From the IMG/VR virus record IMGVR_UViG_3300008261_000014, positions 1 through 64,000 of that record: DNA of 64,000 bases; one strand, 5' to 3'. The notes under the pieces are model-generated. The model saw only the letters and a list, made by a program, of their open reading frames with translations, was not told the origin of the DNA and searched no databases. Of the stretch, positions 39,635 through 51,900 are shown in pieces. The position numbers were made by a program, and so were the translations under genes. Position 1 is the stretch's first letter. Each line of letters opens with the position of its first letter. Source of the stretch: an uncultured virus (IMG/VR IMGVR_UViG_3300008261_000014) (taxonomy: Duplodnaviria; Heunggongvirae; Uroviricota; Caudoviricetes).

Positions 39635-40213
39635 ATGGCAGCAGTACAAGGATCAGCAGCAAGAATTGTAGAAGTAGCACTTGCTGAAGTTGGAACCATT
39701 GAGGGTCCAAAAGATAATGAAACAAAGTATGGTAAGTTTACAAAAGCAAACTTTCAACCATGGTGTGGTTCATTTGTTATGTGGTGTGCTAACCAAGCAG
39801 GAGTAAAGGTACCTAATACCGTATACACCCCTGCAGGAGAGGCTGCATTTAAGAAAATGAATCGTTGGGCAGATGCACGTAATGACGATCCAACTCCAGG
39901 AGATATCATCTATTTTGATTTTCCAGAAGATGGCGTCAACAGAACATCTCACGTAGGTATCTGTGTAAAAAATAATGGCGACGGAACAATCCAAGTTGTT
40001 GAAGGAAACACTTCAGGAACTGCAAAAGGAGATCAGCGAAATGGTGGCATGTGCGTAGAGAAGACTCGTGCATATGTTAAAGACAACAAGAAGAAGTTGA
40101 TCAATGGTGTAGTTGGTTGGGGTCGTCCTAACTATGTTGGTGAAGAGGGTGCTGCACTAGCAGTTAAACTACCACCAAAGCCAAAAGCAGCAAAGCCAGC
40201 AGCCAAGAAGTAA
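39635..40213 (+). CDS. CHAP-domain amidase/endolysin
   Basis: QPWCGSFV, PGDIIYF, SHVGI, VEGNT; basic C-terminal tail. Confidence 0.88.
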   Translation: MAAVQGSAARIVEVALAEVGTIEGPKDNETKYGKFTKANFQPWCGSFVMWCANQAGVKVPNTVYTPAGEAAFKKMNRWADARNDDPTPGDIIYFDFPEDGVNRTSHVGICVKNNGDGTIQVVEGNTSGTAKGDQRNGGMCVEKTRAYVKDNKKKLINGVVGWGRPNYVGEEGAALAVKLPPKPKAAKPAAKK

Positions 40214-40217
40214 ACAC

Positions 40218-40246
40218 TTGACAGGCCTTGCCTAATAGTCTATAAT
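40218..40246 (+). promoter_or_regulatory. Consensus sigma70/SigA promoter
   Basis: TTGACA-17 nt-TATAAT, perfect match. Confidence 0.8.
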
Positions 40247-40295
40247 TGTCCTGAGTACGACACAAAACTGCTCTTTATAATTAGATAGGGAATAA

Positions 40296-40601
40296 ATGCC
40301 AGAACTTAAATACATTAAGTCAAAAGATATTTATGTTGACCGAAATGAGCAAAGAAAAAATAAAAGAAGAAAGTTTGTCTGGCAATACAAACTAGATCAC
40401 CCAACGTGTGTTGATTGCAACGTTGACTACCCACCACCAGTTTTAGATTTTGATCATCTTAGAGATAAGGTTGCTAACATTTCTGAGATGGTTAAGACAG
40501 CAACTCCTATGGAAGTGTTGTTAGAAGAAATAGCAAAGTGCGAAATAGTATGTTCTAACTGTCACAGGATGAGAACATATAATCGTAGCAAGGTACTATA
40601 G
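40296..40601 (+). CDS. HNH endonuclease
   Basis: CVDC...DFDH...CEIVCSNCH. Confidence 0.8.
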   Translation: MPELKYIKSKDIYVDRNEQRKNKRRKFVWQYKLDHPTCVDCNVDYPPPVLDFDHLRDKVANISEMVKTATPMEVLLEEIAKCEIVCSNCHRMRTYNRSKVL

Positions 40602-40665
40602 TTCAGTTGGTTAGAACGCCACCCTGTCACGGTGGAGGTCAGGGGTTCAAGTCCCCTTAGTATCG
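40592..40665 (+). tRNA. tRNA-Asp(GTC)
   Basis: Acceptor GGTACTA/TAGTATC, D arm GTTC/GAAC, anticodon arm CCACC-CTGTCAC-GGTGG, T arm AGGGG-TTCAAGT-CCCCT, discriminator G; CCA not encoded. Confidence 0.93.
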
Positions 40666-40703
40666 CTAGTAGGTATAATATAACTATAACTTAGGAGGTT
40701 ATT

Positions 40704-40964
40704 ATGAAAGAAAGAGTCCTGTTGGACTTCTGGGCAGAGTGGTGTGGACCATGCAAGATGATGAACCCAGTAATTGACGAACTAGAAAAAGAGTACCCAG
40801 ATTTAAAGATTGTAAAGATTGACATTGATGCTGATGCAGAGATGGTTCAAAGATACAACATCAAGTCAGTACCAACATACATTCTTGAAGAAGACGGCGA
40901 GATCGTTAAGTTTGTTATTGGTGCTATGCCAAAGCCAAGATTTATTAAAGAGTTAGGTCTGTAA
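40704..40964 (+). CDS. trxA: Thioredoxin
   Basis: DFWAEWCGPCK, SVPT. Confidence 0.92.
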   Translation: MKERVLLDFWAEWCGPCKMMNPVIDELEKEYPDLKIVKIDIDADAEMVQRYNIKSVPTYILEEDGEIVKFVIGAMPKPRFIKELGL

Positions 40965-41128
40965 TGGACATTCATGAGTGGGTAGCCTACGGGCAAGAAA
41001 AGGGATGGGTGTCTGAAGCCTTTTGTAATACACACGATGGAGATCCATATATGACGGAGGAAGAGCAACAAGAATGGGAAGATGGTGGAGACCCATGCAT
41101 GTTCGTTCTTAAACTTATAGATGTATAA
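40964..41128 (+). CDS. Small acidic protein (54 aa, not in ORF track)
   Basis: Coupled TAATG; MDIHEWVAYGQEKGW...CNTHDG...GGDPC. Confidence 0.6.
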   Translation: MDIHEWVAYGQEKGWVSEAFCNTHDGDPYMTEEEQQEWEDGGDPCMFVLKLIDV

Positions 41129-41137
41129 TTATCTTGT

Positions 41138-41449
41138 ATGGAATATACAGGATTTGCAACTAAAAAAGAACGGTTGGAATATCTAATAAGCAGAGACGGA
41201 GATCTATGCTTTATTTGTCAACTTCCCTTTGACAAAGATGCAGCCACAATAGATCACTGGATTCCATTATCAAAAGGTGGCACTTGGGATATTGACAACT
41301 TGAGATTGACCCACAGACAGTGTAACAACTGGAAAGCGGATCAAGTTCCAGATAAAAATGGAAAGGTTGTTAGGCAGGTCAAAGATAGAAGAAAGGTAGT
41401 GAAGCGTAGCAATGGAAGAAGAGGATCTCTACATCCAGTACCTCATTGA
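41138..41449 (+). CDS. HNH endonuclease
   Basis: CFIC...TIDHWIPLSKGG...NL...H..CN. Confidence 0.85.
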   Translation: MEYTGFATKKERLEYLISRDGDLCFICQLPFDKDAATIDHWIPLSKGGTWDIDNLRLTHRQCNNWKADQVPDKNGKVVRQVKDRRKVVKRSNGRRGSLHPVPH

Positions 41450-41732
41450 GGCTGGAGCAATTGAAATAGTTGCTCTAAACGATGACGGTGAGTATAGGTT
41501 TAGCATCACTGAGAAGTGTGCTGAGATTGCACCAGAACTATACCATTCTTATATTGAAGACATTTCAATGATGATGTTTGAACTGTGGACCAAGGATATG
41601 GTTGATGTTTCTATGTCAGATACAGCAGAGTGGATCTTTAGGTTAACGGACAAAGGTTTAAATATGGACCTATATGACCTAGATCCGTTTGAGCGTGAGT
41701 TGCTACAGAATATGCGTTCAGCATTAGGTTAA
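41412..41732 (+). CDS. Hypothetical protein
   Basis: Acidic ORF. Confidence 0.55.
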   Translation: MEEEDLYIQYLIEAGAIEIVALNDDGEYRFSITEKCAEIAPELYHSYIEDISMMMFELWTKDMVDVSMSDTAEWIFRLTDKGLNMDLYDLDPFERELLQNMRSALG

Positions 41733-41760
41733 TTATGATAAAATGGTCTAGGAGGAAAGT

Positions 41761-42213
41761 ATGCTAACACTAAAAGAAGGCGACATGGTAATGGGTAAAA
41801 CCACAGAGGGTATGGTCCATGGCATGATTGAACACATTATGATTGAGGGTGGAACCCTAGGAACACCTGGAACAGAGTTTGCTATTGAGTCTATGCCTCC
41901 AGACAATCCAGCAATGTCAGTTAGAATTTATATTGAAAAAGATGGCACATGGAAGCCAACTGCTTTTAGCATTGGAATGATGTACAAAGATGCAGTTAAA
42001 ATTGAATCAGATCACAGCATGGATAAGTCAGAAGAATTATACGAGTCAGACAATGAAGATGAAGATAAATGGGATAATCTTACAAAAGCATGTTGGTCTG
42101 GTTATAAGCAAGTAGGTATGAAAGAAAAGAACGGACGCCAAGTTCCAAACTGTGTTCCGATCAAACAATCAATGTGGAAGGGTGCGATTATTCCTAGTTC
42201 TAAGAATCATTAG
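41761..42213 (+). CDS. Hypothetical protein with CWxGY...VPNCVP motif
   Basis: AGGAGG RBS; motif recurrent in phage proteins. Confidence 0.6.
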   Translation: MLTLKEGDMVMGKTTEGMVHGMIEHIMIEGGTLGTPGTEFAIESMPPDNPAMSVRIYIEKDGTWKPTAFSIGMMYKDAVKIESDHSMDKSEELYESDNEDEDKWDNLTKACWSGYKQVGMKEKNGRQVPNCVPIKQSMWKGAIIPSSKNH

Positions 42214-42230
42214 TAGGATATAATGTAATC

Positions 42231-42923
42231 ATGGCAAGCGTCAATAATACTCCAGGAACATTAAATATCACGCTTTACCGTGGTGATACTTATTACGCTA
42301 TCGCAACAGTAAAAGATAATGGTGGCACAGCCATCAATTTAACAAATTATAGCATTAAAGCAGAGATTTACGGACCAGATCTACAACCTTTGACCTTCAC
42401 TTCAACTGCAACAGTCACACAAAAACAAAGAGAATTAGTTGGTGGAACAACATACGCAACCCTAACATTAAGCCAAAACCATAACTTTGATACTAATCAG
42501 ACTATTACTGTAGCAGGTGTTGGTGTAGGATGGGATGGAACTAGAGTTATTACTTCAGTCACTGCAACCACTATAACATATCAGTCAACTGGTAGCGTTG
42601 TCACTCAGGAAAATGCAACTGGAACAGTAACCTCTAGCGTAAAGGCAGAGTTCCAGATTGGAAACAAAGCATCTGAAATTACTGCTGGAAAGATTCATAT
42701 GTTCCTGCCAGATGGTGTAAGCAAAAGACTACCAGACAATGCAGTATATGATCTTGAAATTGCAAGAAAGACAAACTTAACAGACTTTGGTGACGATGCA
42801 CTTAATGCATTTGACGATCACTGGACTGTTCAAACTATTTTAAAGGGAGAAATTGATGTTGTTGAAGACATTACATATAGCGTAACTGCTTCAACAGATA
42901 CAACTAGGGGGCAATTGACATAA
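42231..42923 (+). CDS. Virion structural protein (baseplate-upper-like with beta insert)
   Basis: LNITLYRGDT...INLTNY...YDLEI...ILKGEI.V pattern. Confidence 0.6.
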   Translation: MASVNNTPGTLNITLYRGDTYYAIATVKDNGGTAINLTNYSIKAEIYGPDLQPLTFTSTATVTQKQRELVGGTTYATLTLSQNHNFDTNQTITVAGVGVGWDGTRVITSVTATTITYQSTGSVVTQENATGTVTSSVKAEFQIGNKASEITAGKIHMFLPDGVSKRLPDNAVYDLEIARKTNLTDFGDDALNAFDDHWTVQTILKGEIDVVEDITYSVTASTDTTRGQLT

Positions 42924-42924
42924 T

Positions 42925-45882
42925 ATGGCAATTAATGTAATAGTAGACGAAGGAACAAATGATGTCGTTCAAGTAGATGTGGCGTTAGCGTATCCATCGC
43001 ACACGCACACAGTTACAGATATTACAAACGTTGCAGAAGATATTCAAGACCTAGTTGGTGCTATGGTAACTACAAATACCGAATCTGGTATTGACGTTAC
43101 TTATGACGATACAACTGGAAAATTAAACTTCAATGTAGGTGACTTTACATTAACCCTAGATGGTGATGTAAGTGGAACTGGAACAGTAACAAACCTTGCT
43201 AACGCAACCATTACAACAACAGTTGCAGATAACTCACACAACCACGTATCTACCAACATAACAGACTTTACAGAGGCTGTACAGGATGCTGCACAGGCTA
43301 TGGTTGTAGCAGCCACACATTCTGGTCTAACAGTATCATATGACGACATCTTAAATACATTAACATTTAATGTTAACGATCCAGTAATTAGTATTGCAGG
43401 AGATGCAACTGGATCAGCAACAATGACCAATCTTGGTAATACCACAATTACTATTGATCTTTCAGACACTGGAGTTACACCAGCAACATACGGAGATGCT
43501 AACTCAGTATCACAATTTGCAGTAGATGTTGATGGTCGTATTACAAGTGCATCAAATGTCGACATTGCAATTCCTTCTACTCAAGTAACAGACTTTACTG
43601 AAGCAGTACAGGATTCTGCTGCACCACTTCTTAACCATGCTGGACATACAAATGTTACAGCATCATACGATGACGTAAACAACAGAATAGTTTTGACTGG
43701 TGCTGGTAATGTTCTAAGCGTTAATGGCGAAACAGGAGTTGTAACTATAACAACTGGAGATATTGCTGAAGGCAATGACGGAGATCCAGCAACAACAAAC
43801 CTATGGTTTACAGATGACCGTGCAAAAGATTCTGCAGGGGCGTTAATTAATGGAGCAACAAAGACTGGTATATCAACCACATACGATTCAGCAACTAACG
43901 GATTAACAATTTCTAACACTGGTGTGTTAGCAATCAATGGAACTACAAATCAAATAGTAGCAACTACAACAAATGGAATTACCACTGTAGGCTTGGCAAC
44001 AGATGTAACCATTCCAAATAATTTAACAGTAACTGGTAACTTAAGTGTACTTGGTACTGAAACTATATTTAATGCAGGAACTATTACAACAGAAGATACA
44101 ACTATTCTTATTAACTCAGCACAAACTGGCACTCCAGCAAGTACTTTAAAGTCAGGTATTGAAGTTGCAAGAGGAGATCTTACTAATGCAATCCTTGCTT
44201 GGAGCGAAGCAAACCAGCAATTTGCTTGGAGTTTAGACGGTGGAGATACATATAAAGTTCTTAGCCAAGTAGACTCAGTAAATGGTTTTATTGGTACAGT
44301 AGTTCTTGACACAGACGATGTATCAGAAACTGGAACAGCAACAAATTTATGGTATACCAACCCAAGAGTTGACAGTAGAGTTTCTTCTTATTTTGGAACA
44401 CCCTCCCATCCATCTATAACTTCAGCAATGGCTTTGCCAACAACTGCTGGAGACCCATTAATCTACCAGGCTGAGGTTAACTTTGCACCAAAGACAAAAA
44501 TTTATGTTAGAAATAACGGCACTACCGATATTAACGCAGGCAGTTTTGTTAGTATTAGTGGATATGCTAGTGGATCGACTGTACCAAATGTTGTTTTAGC
44601 AAGTGCTGGAACTCCATCAACAATGCCATCAATAGGAATAGCAGAAGAAACCATTCCAGCATCAAGTAATGGATACATAACAAGCCAAGGATTAATAGCA
44701 GCATCCACCTTTGAAATTACTGGTGCAGTTGTAGGATCAGAACTATACGTTGGGCTAAACGGAGTTCCGTCAATAAGCCCACAACAATATAACTTTGTTA
44801 CACAGAGAATGGGAATTCTTGTTAAACTATCAAGTGCTATAGCAACATTTGATGGAGCCATATATTTGTATGGACCTGGGCAGGTAGAAATTGCTCCAAG
44901 TTTACAAGAAAATTATTTTTATCTAGGTGGACCAACCAACATATCTTCAGACCCAGTTTTGTTTGCTATAGAAAATATTGTTACTCAAGGGTATGCAAAT
45001 CAAGCAGCATTACCAACTGGTGCAGACTCTGGTGCTTTTGGATATGTAGCAGACTCTGGAGACTTGTATATAAAGAGTGGAACTGTATGGAAGGCTTTAA
45101 CATACTTAGGACACGACCACGTATCAACTGACATTACAGATTTTCAAGAAGCAGTAGATGATGAAATCTTTAACTTCTTAGATGGACAATTAAATCTATT
45201 TGGATTAAACTTTGTATACGATGACCTTACCAACACTGGAACTCTTGCCGTAAGAGATGCCGAAGTTACATTTACCATTGATGGAGATGTTGAAGGTACA
45301 GCAACAATCACTCAATCAGCACACGGAGATATTGAACTTACAATCCCAGTTGCATTTAATGGATTACAAACATCAGCATTCATTTATGACACACTGGACC
45401 ACGTTAATCATGAAAACGTTGTAGTAGATTATGTAGCAGAGGATCCAATTACTGGATTACCACAGATACAAATTAAGATTCCAACACCAAAAACACAAGA
45501 AGAAATTCAAGATTGGGTTGAACCATTACTAAATCATACTAACCATACAAACGTTACAGTCACATATGATGATGGTCCAAACCAACTTCTTCTTAGTGTT
45601 CCAGATTCAGTAGACTTAATTCAGTTTGGAACTAGACCAGCAGTCAATGGTAACGTAACTGTAGGATTATTAGATATAACATCTGCTCTTGGATACACTC
45701 CAATTGGAAATACCCAAACAGAAGTGGTTACAGACCTTGTAGCACCTTCTTTAGTACACGATAATCACGTAAACCTTGTGGCAGTTTATGATGACGACAG
45801 TGATAGAATTGTCTTTGAAGTTCAAACAGCAGGTGCAGCATCAGTAGGATCACTAACCAACTCATGGTGGTTGGGTGCATAA
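42925..45882 (+). CDS. Long fibre/virion structural protein
   Basis: Repeated ITDF.EAVQD...H..VTYDD and L.GDV.G fibre motifs; VxSVNG.TG.V.L. Confidence 0.7.
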   Translation: MAINVIVDEGTNDVVQVDVALAYPSHTHTVTDITNVAEDIQDLVGAMVTTNTESGIDVTYDDTTGKLNFNVGDFTLTLDGDVSGTGTVTNLANATITTTVADNSHNHVSTNITDFTEAVQDAAQAMVVAATHSGLTVSYDDILNTLTFNVNDPVISIAGDATGSATMTNLGNTTITIDLSDTGVTPATYGDANSVSQFAVDVDGRITSASNVDIAIPSTQVTDFTEAVQDSAAPLLNHAGHTNVTASYDDVNNRIVLTGAGNVLSVNGETGVVTITTGDIAEGNDGDPATTNLWFTDDRAKDSAGALINGATKTGISTTYDSATNGLTISNTGVLAINGTTNQIVATTTNGITTVGLATDVTIPNNLTVTGNLSVLGTETIFNAGTITTEDTTILINSAQTGTPASTLKSGIEVARGDLTNAILAWSEANQQFAWSLDGGDTYKVLSQVDSVNGFIGTVVLDTDDVSETGTATNLWYTNPRVDSRVSSYFGTPSHPSITSAMALPTTAGDPLIYQAEVNFAPKTKIYVRNNGTTDINAGSFVSISGYASGSTVPNVVLASAGTPSTMPSIGIAEETIPASSNGYITSQGLIAASTFEITGAVVGSELYVGLNGVPSISPQQYNFVTQRMGILVKLSSAIATFDGAIYLYGPGQVEIAPSLQENYFYLGGPTNISSDPVLFAIENIVTQGYANQAALPTGADSGAFGYVADSGDLYIKSGTVWKALTYLGHDHVSTDITDFQEAVDDEIFNFLDGQLNLFGLNFVYDDLTNTGTLAVRDAEVTFTIDGDVEGTATITQSAHGDIELTIPVAFNGLQTSAFIYDTLDHVNHENVVVDYVAEDPITGLPQIQIKIPTPKTQEEIQDWVEPLLNHTNHTNVTVTYDDGPNQLLLSVPDSVDLIQFGTRPAVNGNVTVGLLDITSALGYTPIGNTQTEVVTDLVAPSLVHDNHVNLVAVYDDDSDRIVFEVQTAGAASVGSLTNSWWLGA

Positions 45883-45906
45883 TAACGAAAGAGGTATAAT
45901 AGAAAC

Positions 45907-48900
45907 ATGTCAGGATATTTAAGACCCCAAACAGAGGAAACCCTCTTTGAGCCAATTGAAACGTATGTCGATCCAGTATCGAAAATTCGTGTTTCTACAC
46001 CATCTAACCTTATTGATACAGACTTTGAATATGGTCTACAGGAAACACGTTGGGAGACAATCGAACTTGTTAACAACATTCCTACCTTCTTTTCTAGACC
46101 TGGACAAACTGCCCTTTCTCACACAAGTGTCCTTGCCACACAAGGCTCAGACATTGTTCAGGTAGTATGCAGCACTGAGCACAACCTATCTGTTGGTTCT
46201 CCTATTATCGTATCTGGACTTACTACCAACATTGCAGAAGGTGCGTTCGTAGTTAGCCGTCTTGTTTCAGCATTCATTATTGAATACAAAGCAAAGAAGA
46301 CAATGAATTTTGCTGGAGTTACTCCAGGTGGTACAGTTGAAATTAAAGATGATACAACTCAAATTTTTGGTGGTCGTTTATATCAGGCTACCCAATACAA
46401 ACTAGATACACTAGGTTCAATTAGAACAGACGGTGCAGTGCCTTCAATCCTTACCGTTGACACAATCTATCCACACGGATTTAGCGTAGGAACAAAGTTT
46501 ATTTTGTCAAACACTGTTGGTGGAAAGACTTTAAGATTTAATGCAGCAAGTATTATACCTACAAACGTAGATACTCTAACTGCTACAGTTGAAACAAATG
46601 CAACAACTTCCCTTGAAGGTTATTCAAAGTTTGCATTCGTTCCTTATGACTGGAGAGGAAAGGTCTCAGGATTCTTCCAAGCATCTAATGTAGATTACAA
46701 TGCTTCTACAATTACAATTACATCTCATGGATTTACAACTGGAGATCCAGTTATGTATGTTGGTCCATATGAAGACACACTAGTCGGTGGACTTACAAAC
46801 TATTCTTTGTACTATGCAGTAAAGATTGATAACAATACTGTTGCTCTCTCATCAACTGAAATTGACGAATATAATACAGCAACTTTAGTTCAATTTACAA
46901 GAAATGGAACAAGTAATTTTGGACAGCATGCACTATTTTTTGCAAACAAAGTTGCTTCTGCAACAGTTGCTGACGTTATTACAACAACAAATAACCTTAA
47001 AGGGGTAGAAGAAGACGATCCAGTGTTTGTTTTTTCAACTGGAACTGGTCTAACTGCTGCTTCTCCACACAAGTCAACTAACAACCACACTGTAACTAAC
47101 TATGTAAAACTTTATGTCAACCAGGCTAATAAGACTGAAGCAAGAGAAACATGGACTAACAGTGGAACATCTTTAGACGTTGTTACAAATGTATTTACAG
47201 TGCCAAGCACATCTGGTTTTACAACTGGTGATGCCGTAACATATTACTCAAACTCTGGAACAATTCCAACTGGACTTACTAGTGGTAACACATACTACAT
47301 TCGTGTTCGTTCTTCCACAACAATGTCTCTACACACATCTGCAGCAGGTGCCTCTAGCGACACATTACAGGTTGACGTAACATCAACTGGTACTGGAACA
47401 AGTACAGTTATTAAGCAAAACAGAACATTAAGATTAGGTACTGCTCCAGCAGGTACTGGAATTCTAGATATTAACGGAACTACCATTAATGGAACTACAT
47501 GGATTGTAGTTGGAATTATGGAAGAAAACTACGACAGCGTATATGTTCCAAATCATGGATTTTCTAGTGACGATGTTGTTCTAGTAGAAACTGCTTCTGG
47601 AGAAGGTGGACCAGTAGATGAAAACTATGGAAAAATTACTGCTCTTGCAACAACTGGAATTAATACAACATCAAACGTTATTACAGTTGATGATGGATCA
47701 AGGGTTAACACAGGAACTCCAGTATTTTTAACTGCACAAAGTGCAGAAACAACATTTAATGCTAACGCTGGTGTTAACCTAGCAACCGATGTTATTACAG
47801 TTGCAAGCACAACAGGATTTACAACTGGAGATGCAGTAACAGTAAAGCATCGTGCCCGTCCACTCTCATTTGAGCAGGCAAACGGAATCGATCCAGTAAC
47901 TGATCAAATTACTGTACCATCAACAGAAAACTATGTAAGTGGACAAGAAGTAGTTTACTACAATGGTGGAGACGTTGTACCTAACGGATTAACAAGTGGC
48001 TCAACATACTTTGTAAGAGTTATTAACTCAACAACAATTAGTTTGCACGGAAGCAAGGCTGGAGCACAAGGAAACAATAACACTGTAGACTTAGTTGCTC
48101 GTGGCTCTGGAGTTGGAGCATTGAAACCAGTAAATGCACAACCAGGTGGTTTAACTGATAACGGAACTTATTATGTAAGAGTAGCAAGTGGTACAACATT
48201 TACTCTTCACGCTTCTTCAGCAGACGCTATTGCAAATAACAATTTAGTTAACATCACTGCTTCAGGATCTGGAACTGCTACTATTACACAAAGCAGCCCA
48301 ACTCTTGCAGGTGGGTTGACAAACAATACTAAATATTTTGTAAGAAAGACAGGAACCAATACATTAACTCTTCATCCTACTTTAGCAAATGCAATTGCTA
48401 ACACTTCAATTGTAGACATTACAACAGTTGGAACAGCAAAAGTTCAGTTGGCTATTGTGGCTCCTACTGTAAGCAACCTATCAGCAATTGATACTGCAAC
48501 AGAAATTTTAACAATGGTAAATGGAGACGCTACAACCTTTAGAACTGGACAAGCAGTATTGTTTACAATGGACGACGGGACTACAACCACTCCCTTTACA
48601 AGCACTCCTCAAGTTGTTCCAGGCCGTAATTACTACATTAGACCATTATCATCAACAACATTTACACTGCACACAACTCCTGAAAAGGCAATTGACAACA
48701 CAGGATCTATTAACTTTACAGCAAGTACAACAAACGCAAACGTTAGATTTACTGGTGGATTCGGACCAATTTCAATTGGACAAAGAATTAACTACTTTGT
48801 TGAAAAGGTAAATGAAAACAGAATTAGACTTAAGCCAACAAAGGCAAGTGCTTATCAAGCATTCTTGCCATCTCCATATTCTTCAGGAACAATGACCTTT

Positions 48901-51900
48901 ACACGTAGAACAGCAACAGACTTTGCTGATGGAATCTATCTTCCACAGAATGCTTTGTCTGAAGGACAGATTCTTACATACTCATCTGGTGTTAATCCAG
49001 CAATTACTGGACTTGTAAATGCTAACCAGTACTATGTCTTTACACCAACAGAAAACTACTTTAGACTATCTACAACGGCTACTTTTTCTTCACTTAACAT
49101 CCCAGTACAAGGATTGTCCACTGTAGACACGGTTGCATTTTACATAACATCTGCAGGTCACGGATATTCAACTGCATCTGCAGAGCCTGCAATCTATAAC
49201 TCAACTACCCCAATTGGTGGTTTAAAGAGTGGAACAGTTTACTTTGTTAGAGGATTGGATGCAAACAGATTAGCACTATTCTATTCACCTGAAAGTGCAG
49301 CCTCCCTAGTTGTTAACGCAGCAGGAGAAGCCCCAGTAGATGATCGTGTACCTCTTCTAGACACAAATCTTGGAGGAACTGGAACATTTAAAAAGATCCC
49401 AGGGCTTATTAACTTTAGTGCTGTTGGAACTGGAACACACGAACTTTCAATCACTGGTACAAATGCTATTGACGGAATCTATGAAATTCAAACCATTCCA
49501 ACAGATACACACTTTACCCTTAACCCAACAAGTGCAATTCTTAGCCCAAGAACTTATACCTTCGATCCTTTGAACACACTTGACCTTAACTATAGTATTA
49601 TTAACCAAACAAATCACCAGTATTACACAGGTGCTCCAGTAGTATATAACACATCAGGAACACAAATCGGTGGACTTGTTGCTGGAACTACATATTATGC
49701 AATTAGAATTAGCCAAGATTGGTTCCAACTTGCAGCAACCAGAGATGATGCTGAAATTGGAAGAGAAATTGTTTTAACATCATTTGGATCTGGTGTAACT
49801 CACTCAATTACAAGTTCTAACGTTGCTGCAGAATTTCCTGCAAGCGGAACTGTTAGCCTAGTTCCAGGAACAAAAACAATCAATGGACTTGGAACAAACT
49901 TCCCAAATCTTTATAAGATTGGAGATGTATTTAAAGTATATGTACCAGATACTAGATTAAGCAATCTTGAATTTGTAACTCAGTCCAGTGGTATTAACTT
50001 AACAACAAACATTGTTACAACTCAAGATACACATACATATACAACTGGTCTTGCTGTAAGAGTTTCATCTAGTACTACTTTGCCAACTGGGCTTTCAGCA
50101 TCAAGAATTTACTATGTAAGAGCACTTACAACTTCAACTTTAGCATTCTATCCAAATCCAGCAGATGCTAATGCAGATTCAAACAGAATTGATATTACTG
50201 GCCTTGGAACTGGTAACATGACAATCTCTCCAGTACTTCCAGGAACAGTGTTTGCTTCCAAGATTACTGGAATTAGATCAGCAACTGCCTTGACTGTAGA
50301 AGATACTATTCCAGTTACAGGATCAGATGAAGCACAAACTCCAATCTCAACTGCCTCTGGTGTTGCTAGAACCGATTTATCATATGCAACCTCTACATCA
50401 TTGTATGTTAAGGGTGATGGATTCGCAGTTCACAGACCTTACGACGGTGGTGTTGAACTTACTCCTTCTACTAACCCAGACGCATCTATGATTCGTCAGA
50501 CCCGTAAGTACTTCCGTTACCAGTCAGGTAAGGGTATTCAGGTATCTAAGGCAATTAACTTTAACGCTCCAACTCAGATTGATACATATACAAGAGTAGG
50601 AACTACTGCAACAATTACAACAAGAAACCCACATCGCTGTACAGATGTTGTTACAGTTAGAATTGTAGATGCTGTAAATGGAATTGGCGATCTTGGTCCT
50701 AATTACTGGAATGGAAACTTTGAAATTAATCAAATTATTGATGAAAGAACATTCACCATTACACTTTTAGGAACTCCACAAACAGATCGTCCAGGAGGAT
50801 TCCCACAATTTAATCCAGTTTCTTGGGTAAACTGTGTACTAAGATCAGGATTGTTTGATGATCAAAATGGAATCTTCTTTGAGTTTGACGGTAGCAAGTT
50901 GTACTGTGTAAGACGATCATCTACACAACAGATGTCTGGAACTGCAACAGTAGCGTTTAACTCTACAAGAATTGTTGGTTCTAGCACTTCATTCTCTTCT
51001 CAGGTAGCAAAGGGACAAAGCGTTGTTATTAAGGGACAAACTTACAAGGTTGTAAAGGTTGACTCAAATGACATTATGTATATCCAACCAGCATATCGTG
51101 GTATCTCTAAGAGTGGAGTTATCATTTCAAAGGTTGTAGATACTAAAGTAGAACAAGCAAACTGGAACCTTGATCCAGCAGATGGAACTGGCCCATCAGG
51201 ATTTAACCTAGATCTTACAAAGATTCAAATGGCTTACATTGACTACTCTTGGTATGGTGCAGGTAAAGTTAGATTTGGATTTAAAGATCAAAAGGGGCAC
51301 GTAAAGTACTTCCATGAATTTATCCACAACAATATATTTACTGAAGCATACATGAGAGCAGGAAACCTTCCAGCCCGTTATGAAATTACTTCAACAGGAA
51401 TTCCTTCATACGTACCATCACTTTCTCACTGGGGTACATCTATTATTATGGATGGAGAGTTCCAAGATGACAAGGCTTATTTGTTTACAGCAGCAGGAGA
51501 TTCAATTCAGTTTACAAACAACTCAACTCAAAAGACTGCTCCTGGTCAAATTGAAACAACTAAGTCATATACCATCACTGACCCTGACACAGCAACAACT
51601 GTTGCTGCTTACAGAATTACATTTGATTCATACACCAACGCAGTAGTTGCTGCAATTAAAAATAATACAGCAGTGGCTAACTCAACTGCACTTAATGAAA
51701 AACTTCCAGTAGGAACAAAAACAATTGGAGTGCCAGTTCGTGGATACAATAACACTGGTTGGGTTTATGTTGACCAGGCTCCTTCTGCAACAGATGGTGC
51801 CACATTTAGAACCGTAACTTCTCAACAGCAATTATTTGATGCAACAAATAACTTTACTGTCTTTACCGTAGCAAGTGGACACGGAATGACTGCAGGAACT

